From positions 79,633 to 143,632 of the forward strand of contig CAIRHC010000006.1 in the NCBI GenBank assembly GCA_903878275.1: 64,000 nucleotides of DNA. The letters are read 5' to 3'. Numbering within the stretch: the stretch's first letter is position 1; each line of letters begins with the position of its first letter. This document shows positions 47,952 through 57,115 of the stretch, piece after piece. This DNA is from Candidatus Vogelbacteria bacterium (GTDB lineage: Bacteria > Patescibacteriota > Minisyncoccia > Phycocordibacterales > XYD1-FULL-46-19). A model generated the notes under the pieces. That model worked only from the letters and a program-made list of their open reading frames with translations, was not told the origin of the DNA and did not search any database. Both the position numbers and the translations under genes were made by a program.

Positions 47952-48998
47952 CTACTTTTTAGATATAATACTTTTCTTATACATATCCAAATGATCGAGT
48001 GCAATACCAGTACCTTTTGCCACACAATAAAGAGCGTCGTCAGCCAGATAAGCTTTAACACCAGTTTTACGATAAACGAGCTCCGGCAGGTTTCGCAAAA
48101 GCGATGAACCACCAGTCATTGTAATACCTTGATCGATAATATCCGCCGACAATTCTGGTGGCGTATCTTGGAAAACAACTTTTATCGCTTTGATGACTTC
48201 TTTTAATTCACTATCAATCGCTCGGACAATTTCATTGGTTCGCACTTCTACCGAACGCGGTAAACCACTCATAAAATCACGCCCTTTAATAATAAAAGAC
48301 AATTCTTCTTCGATTGGAATAGCCGAACCGATCGTCGCTTTGACATCTTCGGCGGTCTTGTCACCAATCGCCAAGTTAAAAGTTTTTTTAATGTAATCGG
48401 CAATCGCTTGGTCGATTTTATTGCCCGCGTGTTTGACCGACGTCGATGATACAATTCCGCCAAGAGAAATCACGGCTACGTCAGTCGTGCCACCGCCAAT
48501 ATCCACCACCATATGACCACGCGCTTCATAAATCGGAATCCCCGCACCAATCGCTGCCAAAATTGGCTCTTTCACGACATAAGCATTTTTCGCGCCGGCA
48601 CGCATTGTTGCTTCAATCACCGCGCGCCGTTCGGTCGAAGTCACGCCTGCCGGTACCGACACCATCACTTCTGGTTTAAAAATATTAAAACGCCCGAGCG
48701 CTTTATTTATGTAATAACGAAGCATCGCTTCGGTAATTCGATAGTCGGCAATCACGCCATCTTTCATTGGCTTGTACACCATAATATTATCTGGTGCTTT
48801 GCCTACCATTTCTTTGGCTTCTGTCCCCACCGCCACGACTTTGTTATTCCATTCCGACACCGCGACCACTGACGGTTCATTCAAAACAATCCCCTTGCCC
48901 GGCATATAAACCAGAGTATTCGCCGTACCTAAATCAATTCCGAGTTTCGTTATAAACATATTTTTATTTTGGATTACAGAATTATCCTCCATTGCCAC
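47952..48998 (-). CDS. Second MreB-family actin homolog (paralog of the mreB at 42559-43614)
   Basis: LGIDLGTANT..., DIGGGTTDVAVISLGG, MTGGSS; roughly 50% identity by eye to the operon-encoded MreB. Confidence 0.75.
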   Translation of the reverse strand: MAMEDNSVIQNKNMFITKLGIDLGTANTLVYMPGKGIVLNEPSVVAVSEWNNKVVAVGTEAKEMVGKAPDNIMVYKPMKDGVIADYRITEAMLRYYINKALGRFNIFKPEVMVSVPAGVTSTERRAVIEATMRAGAKNAYVVKEPILAAIGAGIPIYEARGHMVVDIGGGTTDVAVISLGGIVSSTSVKHAGNKIDQAIADYIKKTFNLAIGDKTAEDVKATIGSAIPIEEELSFIIKGRDFMSGLPRSVEVRTNEIVRAIDSELKEVIKAIKVVFQDTPPELSADIIDQGITMTGGSSLLRNLPELVYRKTGVKAYLADDALYCVAKGTGIALDHLDMYKKSIISKK

Positions 48999-49019
48999 CT
49001 TTTTAGTGTACAGATTTTT
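48992..49019 (-). promoter_or_regulatory. Conserved 5'-leader motif (aaaaatctgtacNctaaaaaggtNgcaa), copy B, upstream of the mreB paralog
   Basis: Matches 12421-12448 with 2-3 mismatches; preceded by a 14-bp perfect hairpin (cccgcccaaatttt/aaaatttgggcggg). Confidence 0.3.
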
Positions 49020-49094
49020 CTTGCCCGCCCAAATTTTGCTAAAGTAAAATTTGGGCGGGTGAACTTAAAAAATCCCGGGGTTCTGTAATTCATT

Positions 49095-50393
49095 CTAATC
49101 TTCCGATACCCGTTCAATCTTAACCCCCAGAACTTTCAGGCGATTTTCGATTTTTTCGTAGCCTCGGTCGATATATTTGACATTATGTACTACCGACCGA
49201 CCAGATGCAATAATCGCCGACAAAAGGTACGCCAGCCCCGCTCGAAGATCCGGACTTTCAATTTCTTTACTTTCCAACTTATTTGGACCGTGAATAATCG
49301 CTCTATTAGTATCAATAATTTTTGCCCGCATACCCATCCGAGCCAAAGCTTCAAGATAATTCAACCGTCCCTCAAAAATTGTTTCAAAAATAAAACTCTC
49401 ACCTTCGGCTTGCGACAAAAAGATTGCCATTGGCGCTTGCAGGTCAGTCGGGAAACCCGGATATTCGTGAGTTTTAATATCGGTGGCTAAGAATTTTTCT
49501 TGGCCGGAATTTTTTACGCGTAAAAAATTCCGGCCAGTTTCAATCTCCACTCCACTATCACGTAAAATATTTATAAGCGAATCAAGATGCTTTGGTTCAC
49601 AATCTGTAATCTTAATATCTTCCCCAGCAATCGCTCCGAGGATAAGAAAACTACCAGCCTCAATCCGATCCGGCATTGTAGTATAATTTTGCCCTACGCC
49701 AGACAAAAGTTCTCCTCCTTCAATTTCAATAGTCGAGGTGCCCAAACCAGTTATTTTGGCGCCGCAACTAACCAAGAACTCGCCCAGACTTTCAATTTCT
49801 GGTTCTAACGCACAGTTTTTTAAAACCGTTTTTCCTTTAGCCAAAACTCCCGCCATCAAAAATGTTTCCGTATTTGTGACCGACTGTTGTTTAAAAAATA
49901 TTTCCGCTCCACGTAATTTTCCATCTTCGGCTTTAACCAAAAAAGTATTATCTTTTTCTTCGATAGTTGCCCCCATTTTTTTAAAACCCGCCAAAAACAT
50001 ATCCACCGGTCTTTTACCGATCACGCAACCTCCCGGATAAGGAAAAGTTACTTTCCCAAATCGCGCCAGAAGCGGTCCCGTCAAAACAATCGACGACCGC
50101 ATTTTTTTGGCGATATCTGAAACTAAAGCTTGATTAGAAATATTTTTAGTATTTAAAACATAACTGCCCTTTTCACCTTCGACGCTTATCCCGATATATT
50201 TGAGTAAATCAAACATCCGAAAAACATCTTCAATTTCTGGTACTTTTTTTAAAGAAAAACCATCAGAAAATAAAACTGATGAAGCCAAAACTTTCAGCAC
50301 TGCATTTTTCGCTCCGCCGACAGCAATCTCCCCTTTTAAAATTTTTTGACCAGCCAAACCATCAATGATAAATTTATCACCTTTGTCACTCAT
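49095..50393 (-). CDS. murA: UDP-N-acetylglucosamine 1-carboxyvinyltransferase
   Basis: EPT-fold, MurA N-terminus ...GGAKNAVL... and family similarity throughout. Confidence 0.85.
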   Translation of the reverse strand: MSDKGDKFIIDGLAGQKILKGEIAVGGAKNAVLKVLASSVLFSDGFSLKKVPEIEDVFRMFDLLKYIGISVEGEKGSYVLNTKNISNQALVSDIAKKMRSSIVLTGPLLARFGKVTFPYPGGCVIGKRPVDMFLAGFKKMGATIEEKDNTFLVKAEDGKLRGAEIFFKQQSVTNTETFLMAGVLAKGKTVLKNCALEPEIESLGEFLVSCGAKITGLGTSTIEIEGGELLSGVGQNYTTMPDRIEAGSFLILGAIAGEDIKITDCEPKHLDSLINILRDSGVEIETGRNFLRVKNSGQEKFLATDIKTHEYPGFPTDLQAPMAIFLSQAEGESFIFETIFEGRLNYLEALARMGMRAKIIDTNRAIIHGPNKLESKEIESPDLRAGLAYLLSAIIASGRSVVHNVKYIDRGYEKIENRLKVLGVKIERVSED

Positions 50394-50404
50394 AGAAATA
50401 TAGA

Positions 50405-52510
50405 TTATTTTATAATGATCTTTTCGGTCAAAACGCCCTTCGGCAAATCAACCAAACCAGACTGATAGATTTTAACATAAGATCCATCAATTTGCTTCTC
50501 CTCCACAGTATAGTAGTAAGTGCCAGGACGGACAAGGACATAATACCGACCCAACTCATCGGCTGGCACAATTTTTACCAATTGATTAGAGACTGGCAAA
50601 TAAACACGAACAAGACCATACGCCAGAGGCTCACCGGTTGAAGCACTGATAATCTGCCCCGCCTTATGACGATAACGCCAAAAAGTGCGGAAGATTTCAA
50701 AAGCCAGATAAAAACTACAGAAAACAGCATTCAAAATCGACGGTTCAGCAATAAAAATTCCGACCGACAAAGCAAAACCTAAATAAAAAACGCTATCAAG
50801 AATCCAAACTTTTATTCTTTCTCGCCGAGAATAGAATCGGAAATAGTCTTTTTTGTTTTTGGCAAATTCATTCCAATCAAAACCTACCGGATCCATCGGA
50901 ATATTAAGATTGACCACTTCACCTTCTTTGACTGTCACCTGACCGCCAAAATAAAGATTGTCATAAACCTCATCAGATAATCGTCCAGCTAGCGTGGTCG
51001 AAGGAAATTTGTAGTGAGTTTTATTAGCTTGCAAACTATAATTTCCAGCTGACAAGAAAAATCCAAACCGACCATCGATATCTGTGATCGCGCTACTGAT
51101 CTCTTTGCCGTCACGCCAGATTGTGACATAAGCGGGATCGAGCGGTCGCTTGGTAATAGAATCATAAACCGTCCCCCACGGTTTACTTTTTTTGCGATAA
51201 CCAAACAAATAACTCAAGGCTCTCGTTATTACCAAAAATAATTCGTAAAGTGATGGCAATAAACCAACCGCAACAAGCGGCGGGACGACTGTTCCTAAAA
51301 ATGGAATCAGATTAAAAGCCACTTTTGCCCCTGCGACCAGTAATTCGCCTTTAATATGACGAATGGTCTGGTCTTGATAATTAATTATAAATAAACTTAT
51401 CGGATAGGTTCCATTTTTTAAAAGTGGCTCAATCGTCCCCAGATAAGCGGTGCGATTATAATTTTCTTTCAACAAAAAAGAAAACGATCGAGTTGGGTCA
51501 TCAGGGTCATAGATCGTCACGCCGACAGTCTTTAGAACATCCGGTAAAATCTGGGCATTAAACTTGATTGTCAGATTTTTCTCGCCATAAATATCAACTT
51601 GATTACTTTTGTCAAAAGTTTTTTCCGTCTCTTTTGGTTGGATAAATAATAAATCCCAAGTTAGTCCCGACGGTTCCGTGACTTTTGGCAATAAATCAAA
51701 TGGACTAGTTGTGCCGACAGATAAACAAGAACCGTCATCAGTATTTGCCTGCGGATTGTAATTTGAAGCATTAGGATTGGTACAACCACGAACCGTCACC
51801 TCGGTTGTTCCTCCGGGACAACTACCATCATCAACAGTCGCGTTTGGGTTATAATTTGAAGCACTCGGATTCATACAACCACGAACTGGCTCCACCGATA
51901 CTGAAAATATTTCTGTCGCCGGCACACCTAGAGAATAAGTATTGGTCTGACTTCGCACAAACGCCGTGTAATAATACCGCTGATCGGCGACAACGTTTTG
52001 ATCAACAGTCTCTTCCCCAACTCCTTCATAAATCAGCGAGCTACCAGACACCGGAAATGGGCTTGTTGGATAGCCGTGAAGAGATTTTAGTATTCGAATC
52101 GAATAAAAATAATAGCCGACCGGATTTAGCCAAGTCAAAACAATGCCATCTCGATTTTTAATATAATTGGCTCGAAAGTTACGCACCGGCGGAACAATAA
52201 GAATACAACTGCCGTCATCCACTGTGGCATTAGAGTTATAATTTGAAGCACTCGGATTCATACAACCCAATACTGATCCACCGATGTGAGTATAAGTACA
52301 AGTCCCATTATCAACAGTCGCCAGTGAGTTATAATTATTTGCGGTCGGATCAGTACAACCAGGTACCGAGGTCACTGGCACAACAACCGTCGCACCAACA
52401 CCCACAGAATTAGACGCACCAAAAGATAAATTCGAAGCAAAAAATAAAACAAAAACGGCAAATATAAATTTGAGCCAAAATTTTCTATCAATTTTTTTGC
52501 TAATTTTCAT
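50405..52510 (-). CDS. Large surface/membrane protein: six Cys-bracketed ~20-aa repeats, an FN3-like module, four TM helices and two CarboxypepD_reg/transthyretin-like beta-sandwich domains
   Basis: Repeats C[TM][DN]P[ST]A[NS]NYN..A[TN].D[DN]G[ST]C; ...TDIDGRFGFFLSAGNYSL... and ...GRYYVLVRPGTYYYTV... patterns. Confidence 0.5.
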   Translation of the reverse strand: MKISKKIDRKFWLKFIFAVFVLFFASNLSFGASNSVGVGATVVVPVTSVPGCTDPTANNYNSLATVDNGTCTYTHIGGSVLGCMNPSASNYNSNATVDDGSCILIVPPVRNFRANYIKNRDGIVLTWLNPVGYYFYSIRILKSLHGYPTSPFPVSGSSLIYEGVGEETVDQNVVADQRYYYTAFVRSQTNTYSLGVPATEIFSVSVEPVRGCMNPSASNYNPNATVDDGSCPGGTTEVTVRGCTNPNASNYNPQANTDDGSCLSVGTTSPFDLLPKVTEPSGLTWDLLFIQPKETEKTFDKSNQVDIYGEKNLTIKFNAQILPDVLKTVGVTIYDPDDPTRSFSFLLKENYNRTAYLGTIEPLLKNGTYPISLFIINYQDQTIRHIKGELLVAGAKVAFNLIPFLGTVVPPLVAVGLLPSLYELFLVITRALSYLFGYRKKSKPWGTVYDSITKRPLDPAYVTIWRDGKEISSAITDIDGRFGFFLSAGNYSLQANKTHYKFPSTTLAGRLSDEVYDNLYFGGQVTVKEGEVVNLNIPMDPVGFDWNEFAKNKKDYFRFYSRRERIKVWILDSVFYLGFALSVGIFIAEPSILNAVFCSFYLAFEIFRTFWRYRHKAGQIISASTGEPLAYGLVRVYLPVSNQLVKIVPADELGRYYVLVRPGTYYYTVEEKQIDGSYVKIYQSGLVDLPKGVLTEKIIIK

Positions 52511-52518
52511 AAATTAAA

Positions 52519-53286
52519 TTAAAGCGCCATTGCCATTGCCGTCACCTGTGCCGCATAGCTACCAGCGTTTAAAGTTTTTCTGGAGCCAACTTCAGCTTTA
52601 AAAGTCGCGATCAAATCTGTTGAAGCTGGATAATTGGCGCTCGCCAAACTAGACACCAGTTGGTAACTCGTACTCAAACCCTGCCAACAAATCAAAGAAG
52701 TATTCGAGGAACCAGTATCGCAAGCCAAACCATCGTTTTTAAATTTCTGAACCACATCGTCGCCTTCGACCGCAAAACCAAACCGAGCAGAAGCTGGTAC
52801 TGATTGCCAGGAAAAATCTGGAATTCCGGTCAAAACAGAAGCATAATCATCAAAATAATTACTTCCTGAAGTTAGACTTGGGTTAGAACCGGATTTTAAA
52901 TAAAGTTCATAGCCAGCTGGATCATTGGTCGTCACTTGCCAGGTTGTTGAGCCCATCGACGAACCACCACTTGCTCCATTTATTTCGGGACTTAAATTTA
53001 CTCCACCAGCCGAAGAAATAGCAATAAAATAATCATTATCCGCCGCCCGATAACCAGCCTGAACAATCTTGGTCAAATCAGTCGAGCTACCCGTCGCGAC
53101 CTCACCAAAAGTATCACTCAAACTATAATTGGCAGATGATGAAAAATCAGTCCCGCCGAAATTAATGCTATCTTTTTCAATTTGATAATGAGTACTACTC
53201 GCGACATAAGCTAAAGCCGATTGACTGACACCAGAAAAAATTAAAATCAAAAAACTTGCAAAAACAACAAAAAAATATTTTTTCAT
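52519..53286 (-). CDS. Secreted hypothetical protein (signal peptide, Ser/Gly/Thr-rich)
   Basis: N-terminal signal sequence; adjacent and co-oriented in a tight operon. Confidence 0.45.
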   Translation of the reverse strand: MKKYFFVVFASFLILIFSGVSQSALAYVASSTHYQIEKDSINFGGTDFSSSANYSLSDTFGEVATGSSTDLTKIVQAGYRAADNDYFIAISSAGGVNLSPEINGASGGSSMGSTTWQVTTNDPAGYELYLKSGSNPSLTSGSNYFDDYASVLTGIPDFSWQSVPASARFGFAVEGDDVVQKFKNDGLACDTGSSNTSLICWQGLSTSYQLVSSLASANYPASTDLIATFKAEVGSRKTLNAGSYAAQVTAMAMAL

Positions 53287-54161
53287 TTCTTTAATTTTAG
53301 CTTAAAAAAGATAATAAGACCAACCAACACCACTAAAACCAGCGCCAACAGCCACCAAGGAACAACAAAAAACGAAACGGTCCTTTGCCAAACTTTATTT
53401 TCGTAACCAAGATTTAGATAAAGATGAGCCTGATAATAACCCCACAAGGAATGATTCGGTAAACTTACAACTTTCATCACGCTCGCTCCAGGCAAAACCG
53501 ACCACGGTTTGTATTCTAAAATTTTTACACGCTGACCTAAAATATTTTTTATTTCCAGTAAACCATAAGGATTGAGATAAATATTTCCTGTATTGGAAAA
53601 AGTCGTCTGAAAATTTAATGGTGGATTACCAAAAATAAAATTTTTACCACTCAATCCAAAATTTACTATTTCACCTTTTTCAGTCACCTTACCAGACACC
53701 CGAACAAACAGCGCCGAACCAACAGCCGAACTAATTTTTGTTTGACCAAGAGAATCGCTTTGGTTGGTGACTGTCACCACACCATAATAACCACCAGGAG
53801 TTACACCAGCCGGAATAGAAATCCTAATCGGAATTTTTATCTTTTGACCCTTTCCAATTCGAACTGGACCACTATCAAAAGTGGTAAACTGGACAACACT
53901 ATTCAACGCCGAAGAATCTTTTCCGCCACGACTTTTAACTTGACTTAGATTTTCTAACCCAATCAAAAAACTAGAATCAGTCGCAAGGTTGTTGGCAATC
54001 GTAAAAAAAACATCTTTATTTTCTCCAGGATTAATAATGACTTCTTGCCTGATCGGATAAACCAAAAAATTTTCTGAAGCACCATAAGCCGAACTAGCCA
54101 GACCCAAAAAAAACATTAAAAAAACTGGTAAAAAAATAATTCGGCGCGATAGGTGTGACAT
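53283..54161 (-). CDS. Surface protein with N-terminal signal peptide and C-terminal TM anchor
   Basis: Signal peptide ...ASSAYGA; beta-rich body; C-terminal WWLLALVLVVLVGLIIFF then KLKLKK. Confidence 0.45.
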   Translation of the reverse strand: MSHLSRRIIFLPVFLMFFLGLASSAYGASENFLVYPIRQEVIINPGENKDVFFTIANNLATDSSFLIGLENLSQVKSRGGKDSSALNSVVQFTTFDSGPVRIGKGQKIKIPIRISIPAGVTPGGYYGVVTVTNQSDSLGQTKISSAVGSALFVRVSGKVTEKGEIVNFGLSGKNFIFGNPPLNFQTTFSNTGNIYLNPYGLLEIKNILGQRVKILEYKPWSVLPGASVMKVVSLPNHSLWGYYQAHLYLNLGYENKVWQRTVSFFVVPWWLLALVLVVLVGLIIFFKLKLKK

Positions 54162-55076
54162 TTAACGCAAAGGGGTTAGGACAAAAACATAATTACTGCC
54201 ATTTTTATTTCGGCTAAATCGTGGCGTAACTACGCCAGAATTACCAGAAGGGTCAAAACTGATATCCACTTTATCTGAAAACATATCTTTAATTTTTTGC
54301 TTGATGGCTTCATCAGATGAAGACGCTCCGGTCGAGGGTGAAATCATTATTGCCGTTTTATTGCCAACAAAAGAACTCGTGGTCGCTGGTGGCTCGCCCG
54401 CCATCAGGCGGTTATACAATTCATCGGTAATCTCTTTTTTCAATTGAGCTTGTAATTCTGGGGTCAAACTTGCCACCGAATCGGATTTATCAGCCGGAGC
54501 CAGACCTAAAAACTTTTTCCAATTATCGACAATGCTTGAAATCATAGATTGAAACAAAATCCAAAAACCATTAAAAAAATCACCGACGGCTGAAAAAACG
54601 GAGGCGGTTAATTTCCCAGTATCAAAACCCTGCGGTAAAAAATTTGTCGCAACTTTGATATTCGAAATTACATTTTCTTTATTAAAATCAAAAGGAACCG
54701 CCGTATTGTCTGAAACCAAAGCCAAATTAGCCACTTGACCGCTATTTGTTTTGAACGATAAAGACTTCGTTCCTAAAACACTGACAACAAGCAGTACCAC
54801 CAGCATACCGGCAATCGGAACCAGAGCTCGATTTCTTTTGTCAGAATAAGGCAAGATCGCTTTGTCTTCATAAAGAGCAATGGCTTTTTCCGGCTTTTTC
54901 TCAAATTTAAAACAACCAGCCGGACTAGCAACCGCACGAACAAAATTGTTGTCCATCGCCACATCACCAGTAAATTTACCGGACACTACTCCTATTTTTT
55001 GTTTTGTTTTAGTAATTTTAGTAAGCATAACCAAGAAAAATCCAGTCCCTCTAATAATACAATGACAGACAAACAA
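54162..55076 (-). CDS. Bitopic membrane protein (cytoplasmic ~75 aa, one TM, extracytoplasmic Ser/Thr-rich domain)
   Basis: Hydropathy pattern; first gene of the four-gene operon; start likely the internal Met (MLTKITK...). Confidence 0.4.
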   Translation of the reverse strand: MFVCHCIIRGTGFFLVMLTKITKTKQKIGVVSGKFTGDVAMDNNFVRAVASPAGCFKFEKKPEKAIALYEDKAILPYSDKRNRALVPIAGMLVVLLVVSVLGTKSLSFKTNSGQVANLALVSDNTAVPFDFNKENVISNIKVATNFLPQGFDTGKLTASVFSAVGDFFNGFWILFQSMISSIVDNWKKFLGLAPADKSDSVASLTPELQAQLKKEITDELYNRLMAGEPPATTSSFVGNKTAIMISPSTGASSSDEAIKQKIKDMFSDKVDISFDPSGNSGVVTPRFSRNKNGSNYVFVLTPLR

Positions 55077-55128
55077 AAGAAAGCATTTGTTGTGTATATC
55101 TTTAAAAATTTATATACTCTACTCAAAT

Positions 55129-57042
55129 ATGAAAATCGTAAGTATTATCCCAATAAATAAGGGTTTTTTCAAAGATAACCTGACTTATTTTACCAGCCAA
55201 GACGTCCAGCTCGGCACGATTGTTTCAGTGCCAATTAAAAACAAAGAAATAGATGGCATTGTGGTAGAGATTAAATCTGCCGAGAACTTGAAATCTCAAA
55301 TCCGCCGTGGCGAATTTGGTTTAAAAAAAATCAGTCGGATCAAAAGTCAAACCTATTTTTTGCCAGAATTTGTTTCAGCTGTCGGCGACACCGCGGATTT
55401 TTTTGCTTCGCCGACCAGCCAGACTTTTAAAAGCTTGGTCCCAAAGATAATTTTAGAAAATTTGGCGAGCTTTAAAATTTCTGAAAAAAATGAGCTGGAA
55501 CAAAAACCAGAAGATTTTCTGACTTCCGAAAAAATCGTGATTCAAGAATCAGAAGAAGAACGATTGTCTTTTTATAAAAGTTTAATTCGTGAATCTTTTG
55601 CGCGCAAACAATCTGTTTTTCTTTGCGCGCCGACCACTTTAGATATAAAAAATATTGCCAATTTTATCACCAAAGGCATCGAGCAATATTCGGTCATTGT
55701 CCACAATCAATTACCAAAAAAAGAATTGCTGACGGCTTGGAAAAAAGTTACCGATAGCGATCACCCAATTTTAATTATCGCCTCGCCGATGTTTTTGTCT
55801 TTACCCAGAAAAGATATCAGTGCCATTATTATTGATCACGAAAATTCTTCGGCTTACAAAAATCTGAACCGCCCATTTATTGATTACCGCTACTTTGCCG
55901 AAAGATTGGCTTTCCATAAAAAAATTAAACTTATTTTCGGCGATATCTCCCTGCGAAGCGAGACAATTTACCGCGCCGGCAAAGGCGAACTCTTGCCAGC
56001 TTCGGCAATTAAATATCGTGTTTATTCCGAAACCAAGCAGACCATTGTCCCATTAATTCAAACCGATGGCACGGTTTTAGATAAGCAAAACAGCTTGAGC
56101 GAAACATTACTTGCCCAAATTGAAAACAGCCACGACCAAAGTGAGCGAATTTTTATTTTTTCTGGTCGTCGCGGTCTTGCTCCGTTGACCATTTGTAGCG
56201 ATTGCGGCACTGCCCTTACCTGTGACATTTGCCATTCCCCGCTTTTTCTTCATCATAATTTAACCAAAAAAAATACTGATCGAATTTTTTCTTGTCACAA
56301 ATGTAGCCAGATAGTAGAAGTCGAAGACAACTGTACTCGTTGTGGTGGCTGGCGACTAGCGGTAATTGGCTATGGTCTCGAAAAAATTGTCGAGGAATTA
56401 ACCGAAAAATTACCAAATATTACTTATCTCCGGCTCGATAGCGATACCGTCAAAAGTCCAAAACAAGCCGAAGAAATTGTGGCAAAATTTATGGCATCAC
56501 CCGGTTCGGTTTTGCTCGGCACCGAAATGGCAGTAAATTATTTGCGCGAAAAAATTGAAAATGTTGCCATTGCCAACATTGATTCGTTTTTTGCTTTGCC
56601 TGATTTTCGTATTAGTGAAAAATTATTTAATTTACTTTTGCGCTTACGCTCACTTTCAACCAAAAGATTTACTGTCCAAACTCGCAATCCGGAAGAAAAA
56701 GTTTTTCATTATGTGACCACTGGCAACCTATTAGATTTTTACCGAGACGAAATTGCCGAACGCCAAGATCTTGGTTATCCGCCTTTTAAAATTTTAATCA
56801 AAATTTCCCGCGACGGCAAAAAACCCGACGTAACAAAAGAAATGGCAGAATTAGAAAAAAAACTCACAGACCACAAACCGCTCATTTTTCCCAACCTAAA
56901 AAACGAAAACGAAAAAAATTATACCTTAAATATTTTGTTAAAATTAGACCCCGCCAAATGGCCAAATCAAGAGCTATTAAAAATTCTCAAAAATCTCTCG
57001 CCTGCCTTTTTGATTAAAGTTGATCCGGAAAGTATTTTGTAA
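55129..57042 (+). CDS. priA: Primosomal protein N' (PriA)-like protein with degenerate helicase motifs I-III
   Basis: 3'-DNA-binding N-domain and PriA Cys-rich zinc region (CSDCG..LTCDIC...HH...CHKCS...CTRCGG), then ...LLGTEMAVNYL... motif V, but Walker A is absent and DEEH becomes DHEN. Confidence 0.7.
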   Translation: MKIVSIIPINKGFFKDNLTYFTSQDVQLGTIVSVPIKNKEIDGIVVEIKSAENLKSQIRRGEFGLKKISRIKSQTYFLPEFVSAVGDTADFFASPTSQTFKSLVPKIILENLASFKISEKNELEQKPEDFLTSEKIVIQESEEERLSFYKSLIRESFARKQSVFLCAPTTLDIKNIANFITKGIEQYSVIVHNQLPKKELLTAWKKVTDSDHPILIIASPMFLSLPRKDISAIIIDHENSSAYKNLNRPFIDYRYFAERLAFHKKIKLIFGDISLRSETIYRAGKGELLPASAIKYRVYSETKQTIVPLIQTDGTVLDKQNSLSETLLAQIENSHDQSERIFIFSGRRGLAPLTICSDCGTALTCDICHSPLFLHHNLTKKNTDRIFSCHKCSQIVEVEDNCTRCGGWRLAVIGYGLEKIVEELTEKLPNITYLRLDSDTVKSPKQAEEIVAKFMASPGSVLLGTEMAVNYLREKIENVAIANIDSFFALPDFRISEKLFNLLLRLRSLSTKRFTVQTRNPEEKVFHYVTTGNLLDFYRDEIAERQDLGYPPFKILIKISRDGKKPDVTKEMAELEKKLTDHKPLIFPNLKNENEKNYTLNILLKLDPAKWPNQELLKILKNLSPAFLIKVDPESIL

Positions 57043-57049
57043 CCCGATG

Positions 57050-57092
57050 CGAAATAAAATGACCGGCGCGCAAGCACGCCGGTCATTGTTTA
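57050..57092. terminator. Bidirectional terminator (atgaccggcg-cgcaagca-cgccggtcat)
   Basis: 10-bp perfect stem with T-rich stretches on both strands; lies between the convergent priA and the ORFan. Confidence 0.6.
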
Positions 57093-57115
57093 AATACCCA
57101 ACAGACAACCCGAAA

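Noticed and set aside
49028-49062. The 14-bp perfect hairpin between murA and the second mreB as an intrinsic terminator
   Set aside because: There is no U-run on the minus-strand side; the A/T-runs are on the wrong side for murA. It may still be an attenuator or a protein-binding site, so it is mentioned only under the leader-motif finding.
55087-55128. The ORF-track start of priA at 55087 (MLCISLKIYILYSN...)
   Set aside because: That start is a TTG with no SD. The ATG at 55129 (MKIVSIIP) follows a TATACT -10-like box and begins the conserved PriA N-domain.
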